A DNA stretch of 64,000 bases from NCBI RefSeq assembly GCF_009914755.1, contig NC_060931.1, one strand, 5' to 3'. Of the stretch, positions 1 to 13,641 are shown piece by piece (position 1 is the first letter of the stretch; each line of letters begins with the position of its first letter). Below the pieces are notes generated by a model. The model made no database searches. It was given only the letters and a program-made list of their open reading frames with translations, and was not told where the DNA came from. The position numbers and the translations under genes were made by a program. Source of the DNA: the human T2T-CHM13v2.0 reference genome, Homo sapiens.

Positions 1-89
1 ACATGTAAATAAGAAAGCGATATGTATTGGAGAAGTAACATTTATTGGCTGCCTCTTTGCATACTTGTAGTAACTTATTTGAGCCTTTG

Positions 90-250
90 AACAATGCTGT
101 GAAATAGATGTGATTGTCCTATTTGGTAAATGAGTGAATGGAGACTTGAAGAATTTATAAAACGTGTTTCTGTTCTTACATCTGGTAAGTGTGATAAATG
201 TGGGTCAAATTTGACCAATGCCAAAATCCACAATCCTCTAACTGCTGAGT
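90..250 (-). mobile_element. MIR SINE fragment (degenerate)
   Basis: AACAATGCTGTGAAATAG...AAATGAG...GAGAC resembles the reverse complement of the MIR core. Confidence 0.5.
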
Positions 251-1100
251 TCTCCTTGAACAGCAGGGATGATGACATAAGGAGGGGGCAGAGCTAGACT
301 CCATTCTAAGGAGGCTCCAAGGGGGAACTCAAAAGTCAACTGGGATTCTGGGGAAAAATAGAACTGAATTTTCCATTCATTGTTAAATAAAAAATTAGGG
401 TCTGTTTGAAGTGATTTCAATGTTCCCAGTGAGTTAGTAACACAGATAAACATACTTAGCAGGACCTGGGCTGTGGTAGGGACTCAATAAATGTTTATAG
501 CACAAATGAATGAAAAAAAATGAATGAAAGAACAGGGTAAGTCAACTAGAGGGCAGCTGGTTTCAACATAGAAGCCATGCCGATTACCATGACTAGCACC
601 AGGGAAATGGAAAAAGTTAACAGGGAGATGAGCATAAAGATGGTGAATTGGAGCAGTCTCTGGGTCTATAAGTAAATGAGAAACCAGGCAAACACATTGA
701 AAACTCACATATAAAGGTTTTTGTGTCTTTTATTGAGTTCTGTAAGCAATCATAATGGGTTTCTTCTTGAGTTCTTTAAATGATCTATTAAAAAAAAAAC
801 CCAGCCACAGCATTTGGAAAGTCAACAAAGCTTTACAGGATGGGCTCTCCAGAATCAGGAAAGTAAATACTATGAGCCTCTTGGTACCCTGGGTGAGTTA
901 CCACACTCAGGTTGCAAATTATTCCTCCAGCTGTAATTACAACATTAATTGTGAGCTTTATTTATTTAGTGTTACTCATGAGGCAAGAGGTTTGCTATTC
1001 TGCATGGTTGGTGAAGGGGCAATTCTGGACCACAGTGGGGAGTGGCTGGTGGTGTCTGGGTCTGGGATGCCGTCTTCTATCTGCCTTCAGCTGTGGCCAG

Positions 1101-1635
1101 TGTTGGGGAGGCAAATTTCTACTTCCTTCCTCTTAGGGTCTGGCTGGGCCCAAGAATTAAGTTGACATAAGCTAGATTAATAGACGAAAAGTACACACAT
1201 TTATTTTATACAAGCTTTATGTGGCACAGGAGACCTCATAAGGAAATGAAGACCCAAAGGAGCAGTTAGAGCCCATCGCTTACATACTGAATTGGACAAA
1301 GAAAAGCAAGTTGTGAAAATGTGATAAGTAAAGGGGCTTGGGCTAGGTTAGCTAATTGGGTAGAGACGTGACCAGGAAAATAAGAGTTAGTTTAACAAGG
1401 TTTGCTTGTATAAACTTCCCTAGGCTTCAACTTTCTATTCTTGATAAGATTGTTGCTTTCTTTCTGGTATAGGGAGGACCTCCTTCATGTGGGAATTTTG
1501 TCTCTTGCTTTTAAGAAACAGAATGGAGATTAGAGTGATCTTTTTGTACTTACTATTTTTTTAAGTGCCTTTATTTCAAAATAGTCAATATGCTAGAGCA
1601 GCGTATTTTGGGGTGTCATAGTCTTAACTCCTTCA
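1101..1635 (-). mobile_element. ERV1 solo LTR, MER34/MER39 family
   Basis: TG...CA ends; minus strand starts TGAAGGAGTTAAGACTATGACACCCCAAAATACG...GCATATTGACTATTTTGAAATAAAGGCACTT like MER34; flanks CCAG/CTAG (imperfect 4-bp TSD). Confidence 0.75.
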
Positions 1636-2369
1636 CTAGAATAAGGCCTTGCTCACTAAATGATGATGTGTTAGGATGAGGAAGCATCACTGTTACCTGA
1701 CAAATAAGAAGAAATAAGCTCATGGAGAATACTAATGTTCCTAAGGAAAGCTACAGTGCTTGGAGTTGTCTTCTAACACTTTCTGAGGCTACACCTTGGG
1801 GTCCCAAACACCACTTCTTGGTACCATTCCTAGAGGCAGAATCCTAAATTGAAAGGACCACTGACCTTAAGTGATAAGACACTTTTTATATCATTTTGCT
1901 CTGTCCCCTTCCCTGTGAAAGCAATGGAGAGGGTAGTGCTGTCCTGTAACAGCTCAGGCAGTGGCTCAACAGTGGTCTGCTTTGGTCAATTGGTTTAGGA
2001 GAAGCCAGTGTCACTTCAGACCTGAGGGAAGGAACTGGGCTCCTCATGAACCCTAACTGCAAGTTGTTTTCCCACTTATTACTATTATTAGAAATGCTTC
2101 CATGAATTTAAAGATGGATGTGAAAACAAAGTACATGTGAATAGCGATTTACCCAAGTTGTACCAGGAATGATATTGACATGTACAGTAGTTACTGTGGT
2201 AGCCTTGTCCACATTTCTTGGAAAAACAGCCCTAGCTCAGTTAATTGAATAACAGCAAAGCATATTCATTTATGTTACTAATGTTATAGTTTATCTTATT
2301 AATTAATCTTAATGACTGTCTATTACACAATTAATTAAGACTCATTTGTATATACTGATTAAACAAACA

Positions 2370-2590
2370 CACGGGACTTGGCATCAGATAGGATGGGCTC
2401 ATATTCTGGCTCTATGACTTACTAGCTGGTTGGTCTTAGAGAAATTACTTAATCTTACAACCTCAGTTTCCTCATTCACAAAATGGGTATAAGAGCCATT
2501 TTGTTGTTTGTCAGACTGTTGTGAGAATTAAATGAATTAAACCATGTGACACACTTAGTTTAAAAAAAAAGTGTAGCATGCATTCCTTCT
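2370..2590 (+). mobile_element. MIR SINE
   Basis: GGCTCTATGACTTACTAGCTGG...CCTCAGTTTCCTCATTCACAAAATGGG...GTTGTGAGAATTAAATGA core. Confidence 0.85.
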
Positions 2591-2604
2591 CAGTAAAAGA
2601 AAGT

Positions 2605-3440
2605 GACATATTTGCTTGATTGCAAGATGCACATTTTTCCATATCTTGACATGTCTGAAATCAGGATGGCTCTTAAGAGCTTTCAAAAGAGGCTCTGCAG
2701 GTGCTAGCCAGGGAACCTAACAAGTTGCTTTTGCTTGCGTGTGTGCATGTGGCAACTTTACCAGGCCCAGAAGGGAGGTGTTCACTTCATTTGATTTAGT
2801 ATCACTGGGAGCACCACTGGTGCACGCTATCTCAATTTAATTTAGAAGTGTCATTGTAAAACAGCAACAAAAATATTTTCAAACGGGTTTCCCCCGTAGT
2901 GCAGCATTGAAACAGAGTTACTGTGAATACAGAAGACTGTCTATCCCACAGCAGGCAATGCAATTAAAGACTTCAGAGAATGCCAGATTTTTCAGAATGC
3001 ATCATAGAATTTTCAAAGCTGTAAGAAAGAGGTGAGTAAAACCAGTTTTTTGAAGTTTTATCACTGAAGCTCAGAATATCAGATAAAAGCTTCTAGCTGA
3101 CTTTCAAGAAAAGCAGTTTAAAGTCCAGCGATATGTAATTCACTTAGAAAATTCTATAAGTATAATTAAAGAGGAAACGTAGACAAAATAGCAGATTCTT
3201 TAATGTGCTGTTAAATTATATTACCAATACTAAAATTGCTACATCTGTCAAGACAATGGGCATTGCTAATGAAAATCAGAATATCATTATGATCTAGAAG
3301 AGACTCAGAATTATTTTTATACTTTGTAAAAGAAGCTTAGAACCTACTTTTGATGGTCATATTGATATTGGCACAGAAAGTGGTGTGTAATGGTATGAAT
3401 AAATGTAAACTTTTATAGGTTCTTAAAATATATAATTAAT
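2605..3440 (+). mobile_element. TcMar-Tc2 DNA transposon relic (Kanga/MER104-like) with decayed transposase sequence
   Basis: TIR-like start TATTTGCTTGATTGCAAGATGCACATTTTTCCATATCTTGACATGTCTGAAATCAGGATG; internal AAAAGCTTCTAGCTGACTTTCAAGAAAAGC resembles the Kanga transposase region. Confidence 0.65.
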
Positions 3441-3639
3441 ATAGTATTTGCTTTTTCTGGAAGATTGTCAGTAAATTGGTGCTTTTTTTCCTTTTCTTTC
3501 TTTCTTTTTTTCTTTTTACAATGGCTGATATATCAGAATCAAGGGGACATAATATAATCAAGATGACTGAAAGTGTCCTGTTGAATATAGCAATATCTTT
3601 TAGGTGTGTGTGCTCAGTGCACAGTGTCTTTCTGGCAGC

Positions 3640-4078
3640 CATTTTATGCAAAGTAGCTCCTCTGGCCTCGGTTGTTTAGACCAGGCATGCATCCCTGATT
3701 CAAGTTGGGCCAAAGTCTCCTCCTCAGGAATCTGGAATTGGGACAGAGAGAAAGAGTCTCTGAACCTGGGAGGGATGACAACGTACCATGTATATGGAGT
3801 ATCAGAGAGCACTAGTATGGTGAGAAAGAAGAGTGCAGCAGGCTGCAGAGAGAAGCTGCCATGAGAGGTGCCTGGGAGGAACCCATGTTGTCGATGGCTT
3901 GCTATTTCTTGGTTCCAATCTGTCCCCAGACCAGGCTGTATTTTGGTCCTGAGGTCCCTTGCATTAAATTACCCTTGTGTTATTAAAATAAATTCTTTAC
4001 ATTTTTGCTTATGTTAGCTTGGCTTGTTTTTTATTTTTATTTTTATTCTCTATATCTGAGAGAGGCCTAACTGATACA
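3640..4078 (+). mobile_element. Old MaLR LTR (MLT1J/K/L-like)
   Basis: TGATTCAAGTTGGGCCAA...; 3' end TTTTTGCTTATGTTAGCTTGG...CCTAACTGATACA. Confidence 0.55.
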
Positions 4079-4549
4079 TTCACCTTGTCACAGACTAAGC
4101 CAAAATCATGGTATTGTTGTCTTTTGAGATTTCATAGCTGGTGACCCCAGGCCATGGGCAGCCTCAGCAAGACCCCAAATACCCTCCATTTCCCCCACGA
4201 TGCCATAAAGTATGTTATCATTTTCTACATGACCTTGATGTGTAAAAGGTTGGAAAGCACTGGTTTAAGGTATGTTTTAAGTCAAATCAACATTGGGGAT
4301 AATGACAAACTGATGTGCCTGAGCAAATGGACATTCTACGTGAGGCTTCTTAGAGTATCACAGTTAGAGCTAAAAGATATCTCAGAAATCTTGCTTTATT
4401 TTACAGGTGAGGATGCTGAGATGTAGAGAGACTGATTTGCTCAAGATAACAAAGAGTTTTATTGATTTGGGAACCCATGGAAGGGGGTCAGCTGTGAGAT
4501 ATCACATGATCAGACTGACTGCCTGACCAGACTGACTGCCATCCTGTTA

Positions 4550-6150
4550 AAGGTCAGCCCTTCCCTGTGTGCTCTGGATCCTATGCCAGCTCACCTTATT
4601 GAGAACTTTGTTTCTTTATGTTCTCTTCCTCCTGCTTTAGTCATCTTTTCCTTTCAATCAGATCATCTCAGCTGCACACAAACATTTTCTAGGCTCTCTG
4701 AGCAAACAAGCAAGGACTTGAACCAACTCCTTGACCTTTCGGGCTGGAGTATTTCTTTGCATTTTTTCCTGGTCAGACTTCAACCGTTGTCTGTGCAGCC
4801 ATTATAGAAATTTCTTCTTCATTTTTCATCTCCTCCCTGAGCCATTATAGTTGGCTTCTACTGTGACCACCAATTTGCTGAAACCATTGTCAAAGTCAAG
4901 GTAGAAAGTGATTTTCATTTTGCTAAATCTAGTAGACATTTCTCTATTCTTATCTAACGTGATTGTTTTTAGCAGCATCTAATCCACTTGACCACTTCTT
5001 GAAGAATTCTCCTTTTTTAATGCTCCTCATGCCTCCGGCTTTCTCCTATTTCACCAGCACCCCCTGCTCAGACTCCCTTGCCTGCTTCCCCTGCTCAACT
5101 AATCCTCTAAATGATTGTTTTCTGGGGAGCTCTTACGGACCCTTTTCCCTTTTCTGATTTTTCTCCCTAGATGGATTTCATCTATTCTATGGATTCAAAT
5201 ACCAAACAAATTTGGTCCTAATGTTAAAGACTACCAAACATACCTTCTGCCCTGATCCCTCATCAGAACTCCATTCTTGCAGATCCAGCTGCCTACTTGA
5301 CATTTCCACCTGAGTGTCTCACAGATATGGCAAAATTTATAAGTTCAAAATGCATTGTTAACACTTCCCACAAATCTCAATCTCAGCAAATGGCCTCACA
5401 ATCCTCTTGGCTACTCCAAGAATCCCAGGAATGATATTTGATTCCTTCCTTTCTCTTCTTGCACAAGTCTCATCTATCAGAAGATTATGTTTGTTGTATT
5501 TCTTAAATATGCCCTAATCTCCCTTTTTTTGAACTCCATTGCTACCATTTATTCCAGATCAATATCTTTTAGTCTTCCCACACTAATTTATTCTTCTCAT
5601 ATTATTAAAGGTAATGTGCTTAAAACAGAAATTGTATGAGGTCACCCCCAGGCCTGCTTAAAACTCTCCAGGGACTTGCCATTGTACCTAGAACAAGGTC
5701 TGAGGTTTAAACCATCATCTCTAGGATTTGCATAATCTCATCCCTTCTTCAATCATATGTCTTAACTTTCTTTTCCCTAGTGGATGGACTTCATCCATTC
5801 TTCTTTTTCCTTTCTCAAAAATTCCATGCTCTGTCTTGTTTCATAGTCTTTGAACATGTTCTTTTCTCATCTGTAGAATCTTTTTCTCATTCTATGTATG
5901 TCTACAGCTCTTCTTAACAATCTTTGTCTTAGCTTAAGTAACACTTCTTTAGAAAGATCTTCCTTGACTATTCTAAACTTAAGAATCTTGTTTGTCTCCA
6001 CAATAGCATTAAACATAACATATAACCATTTAAACCATTTTATTTATTTGAATTTTGCCTCCTTATCTTGTTCTCTTTCAAATTGCAAACTCCCTGATGT
6101 TAGGGATGTCTTTTCTACCTCTAGCACCTATTACAGTGCCTGGCTCAATT
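4550..6150 (+). mobile_element. L2 LINE, 3' ~1.6 kb (decayed ORF2 RT region and 3' end)
   Basis: CTGAAACCATTGTCAAAGTC...TGCTAAATCTAGTAGACATTTCTC...AGCAGCATCTAATCCACTTGACCAC; ATCCAGCTGCCTACTTGACATTTCCACCTGAGTGTCTC; CTAGCACCTATTACAGTGCCTGGC. Confidence 0.85.
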
Positions 6151-6675
6151 TGCTTTATAAAGGAATAAGACACATGAAGAAATTAGTTTATATAAAAGCA
6201 GTAGGTCAGCGATCTTTTCCTTTCTGTACTAGGCTATACTGTGATCATTTGAGTAGAATGGAAAGCAGTGATAAAATTTTCTTGAAGGAAATAGTTGGGT
6301 ATATCTGGCTCCCTGAGTTTTGCAATTGCTAAACTTTTGTTTATTTTTCTCCCCGTGAATATGGATGGGAGGTAGAAGGTTAATTACTATGACATTTTTT
6401 TTCTAATATATCTCAAACCTAGGTGTTAAAACAAGCATGTGTTGGCTTTTAGTCATTGTTTGTTTCAGAGGGCACATTACTATTTTGTGCCTCTGGGTAT
6501 AAGGCATTTCTCTTCTTTCTGAGTTCTCTGTTTTTAATTATTATTATTCTTTGGTTTTACAAAGTGTGATATTCACCCCATGTATAATGCTCTTTCTGGA
6601 CACTTTAATTCATGGAAGAACATTTTCTCCAATGATTTTTAGGGAAAAACAGTAGTTATGCTAAGATTATCTAAC

Positions 6676-6850
6676 AGCAGGGGTTCCTAATTTTATCTTA
6701 AGTCATAGATTCCCTTGAGTGTCTAGTCCAAGCTATGTAATAATTGCATTGAAAAATGCATCTACACACACAAACATGTTTTGGGTACATGTTAATGAAC
6801 TGGCTAAAGCCCATTCATGAGCCCTACACACTTAAGAACCATTATTCTGC
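6676..6850 (+). mobile_element. hAT-Charlie MITE (MER103-like)
   Basis: CAGGGGTTCCTAA...AAAGCCCATTCATG...CTTAAGAACC; related copy near 57700-57865. Confidence 0.5.
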
Positions 6851-7067
6851 AATGCTCATACACACCTTGGGGAATTCCCTTATTCTCCACCCATGAATTT
6901 GACAAACCAAACATTTTTGATGGAGGGGGCACATTTAGGTCCAGAGCATGAGAATTCAGTTCCCCTTACCCCTCAAAATAAGAGCTGAAGGTCTTCCTCC
7001 ACCCTGAGATTGTCTAGTCTTAATAGTTATGTTATATAATACCTTCCATCATTGAAGTGCTCTCTTT

Positions 7068-7122
7068 TTTTTTGGTGATAACCAAATATTTTTGTATGAG
7101 GTATTTGGTTATCACCAAAAAA
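7068..7122. repeat. Perfect 21-bp inverted repeat with 13-nt spacer
   Basis: TTTTTTGGTGATAACCAAATA (7068-7088) / TATTTGGTTATCACCAAAAAA (7102-7122). Confidence 0.95.
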
Positions 7123-9019
7123 TGTTTATTTCTTCAAAGAACTCATGATACCATTAGGAAGGTAAGACAGATGGAAACAGTTTATTAATCTACACACTGA
7201 ATTCCTTGCTCTAGATGACATCAAAATAAGTAAGACCTATTTTTGTACTTAAAACACATATGATCTGCTTAGAGGGATGTTGGAAATAGACAAATGGCAT
7301 TGACACAAAGGTAAATAAAATAAGGGTTGGAAGAGTCATTTGAAACTGGTGAGACAGGTAGGTTTGATGATAAAGGGAGAGGGTGAGGGTGGCAGATTGG
7401 ACCTCTATGCCTGCTCTCTGTTAAGTTTCCCAGGAGCTCCATGGGGGCCTAGGCTAGCAGCAGACAGAATGTCTGTATTTGTAGCACTGCCAAAATCGAA
7501 AGACCTATGAGATCCTTGAATACAGGGTTTGAGCCTTACTCGTGTTTAAAAAGTTTCTTTAGGGTATGGCTCAGTATTTGCCAAACAGGAGCTGCTAATA
7601 AATGTTGGTTGCATAGAGTTTGAAACAAAACAAACAAAACAAAACAAAATAGCACCCCTTGCCAAAATGACAACAACAACCAACAAAGAAACATAAAAGC
7701 CTATTGACACACACTGTAGTCATAAATGCTAACCAAGGAGTTACTTAGGTCTTGGCCACTAGGATTTGACTGCCTAATACAGACACGCTGTGGTACACAT
7801 GGGAAATGCTTTGTACATACCGTGGTCCTCCTTAGTGAGCCTACTATGTCTTTGTGGAGAAATAATCCAATTCATTTCAGAAAACAGTGTAAAGAGGAGA
7901 ATCTCTAATTGGTTATTTCTGTGTATGACTTTTTGTTTTGTTTAATTTCCTATTTGGTACATGACAATTTGGCTGATAATCATCTGAAAAATGTTGAGTT
8001 GCTTGTGAGCTGTTATAAATTACTTCTTTATACACAGCCCATCTTTTATTATAATATAGAGATATAATACTTAGATATAGCTGCTTTTATTTGTTCTTTG
8101 CCATAACATTTGCTAGTAATTTTTTTTCATTATTGGCAATGCTTACATAATGACATACTAATACCTACAGGAATGAATCACAGTTCATCTCGCAGATTTA
8201 TGGCATGCCTACAGAAAAAGTACCTTATGATGCAAACCTGAAAGTTTAAATAATCTCCTGAAAGTTCCACAATCAGGTAAGCAAGCAAATGTGGTTTAGA
8301 GGTCAAAAGAAAAAATGAATCAGTTTAAACTCTTTTCTTCTTTATATCAATAATGAAACAAGAAGGATTGGGAAATGCTGTTAGCAAGCAGATAAATCAT
8401 TTCTTCATAGCACAGTCGAAATAGAAAGCTTCCACTTGTGGGAGGGTTCATGTATACCTTTTGCACGTAAGCTCTCTCTTCTTCCTACACTTGGGCTAGC
8501 AACAAGAGTGCGGTTCTGCAGATCTGCTTGGATTCTAGGCAGAGTTTTTCAAAGCATCCCCTTTGCTTTTCAGCCACTTACATTTGTCATGGTCCTTGGT
8601 TGTGTTGGCCAGTTTTCTCCCATTCATAGCTATCCTTAGAGTTCAGTAAGACCTTAGCAAGTATTTTGGTAGGAGGAGGGAGACTATGTGGTTATGACTT
8701 TATTTTTCTTTTCTTCCTTTCTTTTTATCCCCCCGCATGCCTATTCTCCACCTTTCTGGTCCCTCTTTGTGTGTCTTTATCCTTGTTTCTCTCTTTCTGT
8801 CTTCTACCTGGCTCTCTGTATCTGTGCCCATGTCTCTGTCTCTTTTCTTCTTTTACTTGCCTCTCACTCCTCACATATTTATTATGCATTACCATATGCC
8901 AGGCACTGAGTTAGGGGTTGGGGATGATAAAGATGATATAAAAGATGGTTATGCTTTCCAGAGTTCCCAGTGTAATGGTGCAGGTGTTGAGAGGAGGGAA
9001 AGACGTGAAAAAAGTGAGG

Positions 9020-9380
<361 letters not shown>

Positions 9381-11289
9381 TAGAGTTATAAATGAGATGC
9401 TATAGTAAGACAAAGAAGTATTTAACTCTGAAAAGATCAGGGTGAGTTAAAATCTGAAATAAGTCCTGAAGGATAAGCAGGCATTTTCCACATGAACAAT
9501 CGTGGCCCCAACAGAGGCCATTCCATGGGTGGTGGTGTGTACGAAGGTCTGGAGGCGAGAAAATGCAAACATTATGGAAATGGCAAACAGAGCACCTATA
9601 TTTAGTCCACTCACAACCAAAAATAAAGGGTAGATCACAGAGCAATAGTGTCTACAAATGGAATAGTAATTTTTACCTACGTACCTACATAAGTCCTGTG
9701 CAACTGGCGCATTTTTGGTTTGTTTTTGTTTTTCTACCAATAATCACCCTCAAATGCATGTAATGTAGCTGTGTTAGGAGGTGATTCTCCTCCACGGTCT
9801 GAATTATTGGCATTAGGCTGAGAGGATCCCCTTTATTCCTCTAACCAAAAAGATTTATGCTGAGTCTTTCCTAAACCGAAAGTATAATAGAAGCCAAATG
9901 TTGGGGACTTGAGGGCAACCTATACACTACTCCACTTTCTTTCCACCTAGTTCTGAACCAATTATGAGAGAGATAATGAGTAAGGCAGATGAAATTCCAA
10001 ATAGCCCCTTTATTAGTAATAAAGGCTAGTTTGGAGAATGTGGGTCAGGCATATGGCAATAATAATTTCCTGGCTCCTTTCTCCAATTTGGGGAGACTCA
10101 CCTACCTAGGTAGGGCTAGAAAACCATGGACATCTCTGCAATCCTGATGAAACAGAGCATCAGACCAGAGGTGTCTGCCAGCAAGCAGAGAAATGGGAAA
10201 ATAAGGCTGAAGAATGCCTGCTTTGTTTCTTTTCCAAACTCACTCATCATATAGATCATTCCACTTACCATGGAATAAAATAAGTGAGTGCGTGGGGAGA
10301 GGTCATGTGTGTTATATTGATGATGTCCCATGGAAACTTGAAGAGAGGTAAAAGAAGGTTCCCATCACCAACTCCTTGACTAATATGTATCACCCCTTTT
10401 CCCCATTGCAGGAGGTTGACATTTGGGTGAGAGTGTGTGAGAAATGTCTTTTCAATAAAAATGTGAGCATTTTAATTCGAATCCCTGGCATGAACTAGTA
10501 GGACAAGCAGAGATACCTTTTGTAAACACAGTTTGTAGCTGAGCTCTTTCTTAAAGTAGAGGCATAGCAAGTTGACCTCTGAAGAACCTTCTGGATGTGT
10601 GGCTCTGGAGTACTCTATTAAAATGAGTAGATTGAGAAACACTAATGTTATAGTTCAGAAAGCAGGAGAGACCCAGGCCTTTAGAAGCTATCTAGAATTG
10701 AGCAGGAGATTGGAGATGTGCGGCAGTCTGACCTTTTGAGTAGGCTTTAAATTTGAAAAGCAGGCTGTCAGATTGTTACTGAAACTTTGTTTAGTACATA
10801 GTGTTCCGGTAACATTTAACTGCACTTTATCAAGCTCACTCGTCTCATCTCCAGCTCCCAGGGACTCTTTGCTTTCCCTCTGATGTAGATTCTGCTGGGG
10901 TGCTGTGTTCTTTCAAGATAAGACAGCTGCTCTACTCTAGCTTAGAGATGACTGCATTTTAGTGTCCTTGATTTTCTTAAACAGTTGAAACAAGATTTAC
11001 AATTTAATTAGCAAGGAGCTGTAATCTGTCAGAGTACCATGCCTTTAATAGCTGCAGAGGCATGCCTGTAGGGGCAAGGGGACTGTAGCTTTTCCAGTGA
11101 AGTCCTACTTAAGTCCAGAAAATTTACTGTGACCCGTCACATTGCTTTTCTGCTTCTATGGCTTTGTCTCCTTTTGTCCCTGCTGTTGCTGTTGGATGCT
11201 CCCCCAGTTTTTTCTCCTTGTTCCTTGGCTGCTCGCCCCGAGGTTACCCTGATTCCACTTTCCCTTAATGACAATACATCTTTAAAGTT

Positions 11290-11480
11290 GTAGAGCATAC
11301 CAGTCATTTGGGGTGGGAGGTGAGGGGACGGTCTTCTTTAAAATGCAGATTCCTGGGCTGTACCTCCAAGATGCTGACTTGTTAGGTCTGTGATGTGGTC
11401 CAGGAATCTCACTTTGACCTAGCACCCCTAGAGATTCTGAGGCAAGGTCGTCCAACAACCTAACTTTGAAAAACCCTGCC
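11290..11480 (+). mobile_element. MER5A-like hAT-Charlie MITE
   Basis: AAATGCAGATTCCTGGGC...CCAGGAATCTCACTTTGAC...GATTCTGAGGC...CTTTGAAAAACCCTG. Confidence 0.75.
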
Positions 11481-11764
11481 AAGTACGATGCTCTAGTGTC
11501 CTGCTTATGCTCTCTTCAGTATGTGACCTTGGTCCACCTCTCATCTTAGTCCTCACTACTGTCATTTAGGTGCTAAAAACCGGAAGGGCCTTGGCTTCTG
11601 TAGCTTGAGAAGCTTGAGATAAGACATATTCTAGGCTGTATGTTGAGGAAGAGAATCAAATTGGTGAGGTGTTTTGAGATTAAAGGGACAGGCTGATGAC
11701 ACTGTTAGCATGCACTTTCCATAAAGCTGGAGGTCTCTGGTAGAGTTCAGCTCTGTTCAGTTTA

Positions 11765-12218
<454 letters not shown>

Positions 12219-12299
12219 TCAATGTATGTGCTATTTGTAATGTGATTTCTTTTCTTCTTGTTTTTGTTTTGAGTAGTAGTTGGGAATGTGGTCTACATT

Positions 12300-12792
12300 T
12301 CTTTGTATTTATTTTTAAAATTCTTTCGAACTTTTAGTTTTAGCATGGACATGTGTGCAGGTTTGTTGCATGGGTAATTGCACGTTATGGAGGTTTGGTG
12401 TACAGATTATTTTGTTACCCAGGTAATGAGCATAGTACCTGATGGGTAGTTTCTCAGTCCTCTCCCTCCTCCCATTCTCCACCCTCAAGTTGGCCCCAGT
12501 GTCTAATCCCTTTTTTGTGTCCATGTGTACTCAATGTTTAGCTCCCACTTAGAAGTGAGAACATTATATTTGGTTTTCTGTTCTTGCGTTAATTTGCTTA
12601 GGATAATGTCCTCCAACTCTATCCCTGTTGCTGCAGAGGACATGATTTTGTTCTTTTTTATGACCATGTAGTTATTCCATGTTGTAAGTGTACAACAGTT
12701 TCTTTATCTGATCCACCGCCGATGAGTACCTAGGTTGATTCCATGTCTTTGCTATTATGAATAGCACTGTGATGGACATATGTGTGCATGTG
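12300..12792 (-). mobile_element. L1 3' end fragment (older L1PA/L1PB)
   Basis: ACATGTGTGCAGGTTTGTTGCATGGGTAA...TTAGCTCCCACTTAGAAGTGAGAACAT...GGTTGATTCCATGTCTTTGCTATT. Confidence 0.9.
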
Positions 12793-13298
12793 CAGACCTT
12801 ACTTTGAGGCATCCTATGGACAATGTGCATCTCTTTAGGGATATTTGTCCAGGAATAAGGAACCCCTGAAACTTCAGCAGTTGGGGAGAATAATGAACAG
12901 TCACTCCAAGGGACCTTATTTACCTCTTGTTAGGATGTTAATCATGGGACTTCTGAATTTCTAGAACCATTTGTAATTTTATTTCCTTCCTTTATGAGAA
13001 TTGTTTAATTTTTTTATTTTTAAACTATTCCTATACTACATAGTTCTTCTAGACTATTCTTTTACCTAATATCATCTATTCATTTTCATCATTTTAATAC
13101 TCATAGTTTACTATTTTTTAAATTATCTTTTTGTTTATGATGTCTATTTATCCTGCTTCATTTTTTACCACTCTATCGTTCCTGTTCACTTTTTGAGTTT
13201 TAATTTTGTCTATATATTGTGATCATTTTGGAGCTATGACATTTTGCAAAGAGTGAAGTTGAATTTGTGGGGGATCCTTTGCATTTTTGTTTGGTATA

Positions 13299-13641
13299 TG
13301 TATTAGTCCATGTTCACGCTGCTGATAAAGATACCCAAGACTGGGCAGTTTACAAAAGAAAGAGATTTAATAAACTTACAATTCCATGTGGCTGGGGAGG
13401 CTTCACAATCATGACGGAAGGTGAAGGGCATGTCTCACATGGTAGCAGACAAGAGAAGAGAGCTTGAGCAGGAAGACTCCCATTCTTTAAAACCATCAGA
13501 TCTCGTGAGACTTAATCACCATCACAAAAACAGCACAATAAAGACCTGTCCCTATGATTCAATTACCTCCTACCGGGTCCCTTCTACAACACGTGGGAAT
13601 TCAAGATGAGATTTGGGTGGGGATATAGTCAAACAATATCA
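13299..13641 (-). mobile_element. THE1 (MaLR) solo LTR
   Basis: TGTATTAGTCCATGTTCACGCTGCTGATAAAG...GAGATTTGGGTGGGGATATAGTCAAACAATATCA; flanks GTATA/GTAAA. Confidence 0.92.

Noticed and set aside
755-1165. 136-aa ORF (also 5898-6332 and 61534-61962)
   Set aside because: No recognisable domain or supporting exon structure; each overlaps an LTR or L2, and the length is within chance expectation.
6869-6879. NF-kB-like site GGGGAATTCCC
   Set aside because: A single isolated motif with no supporting context.
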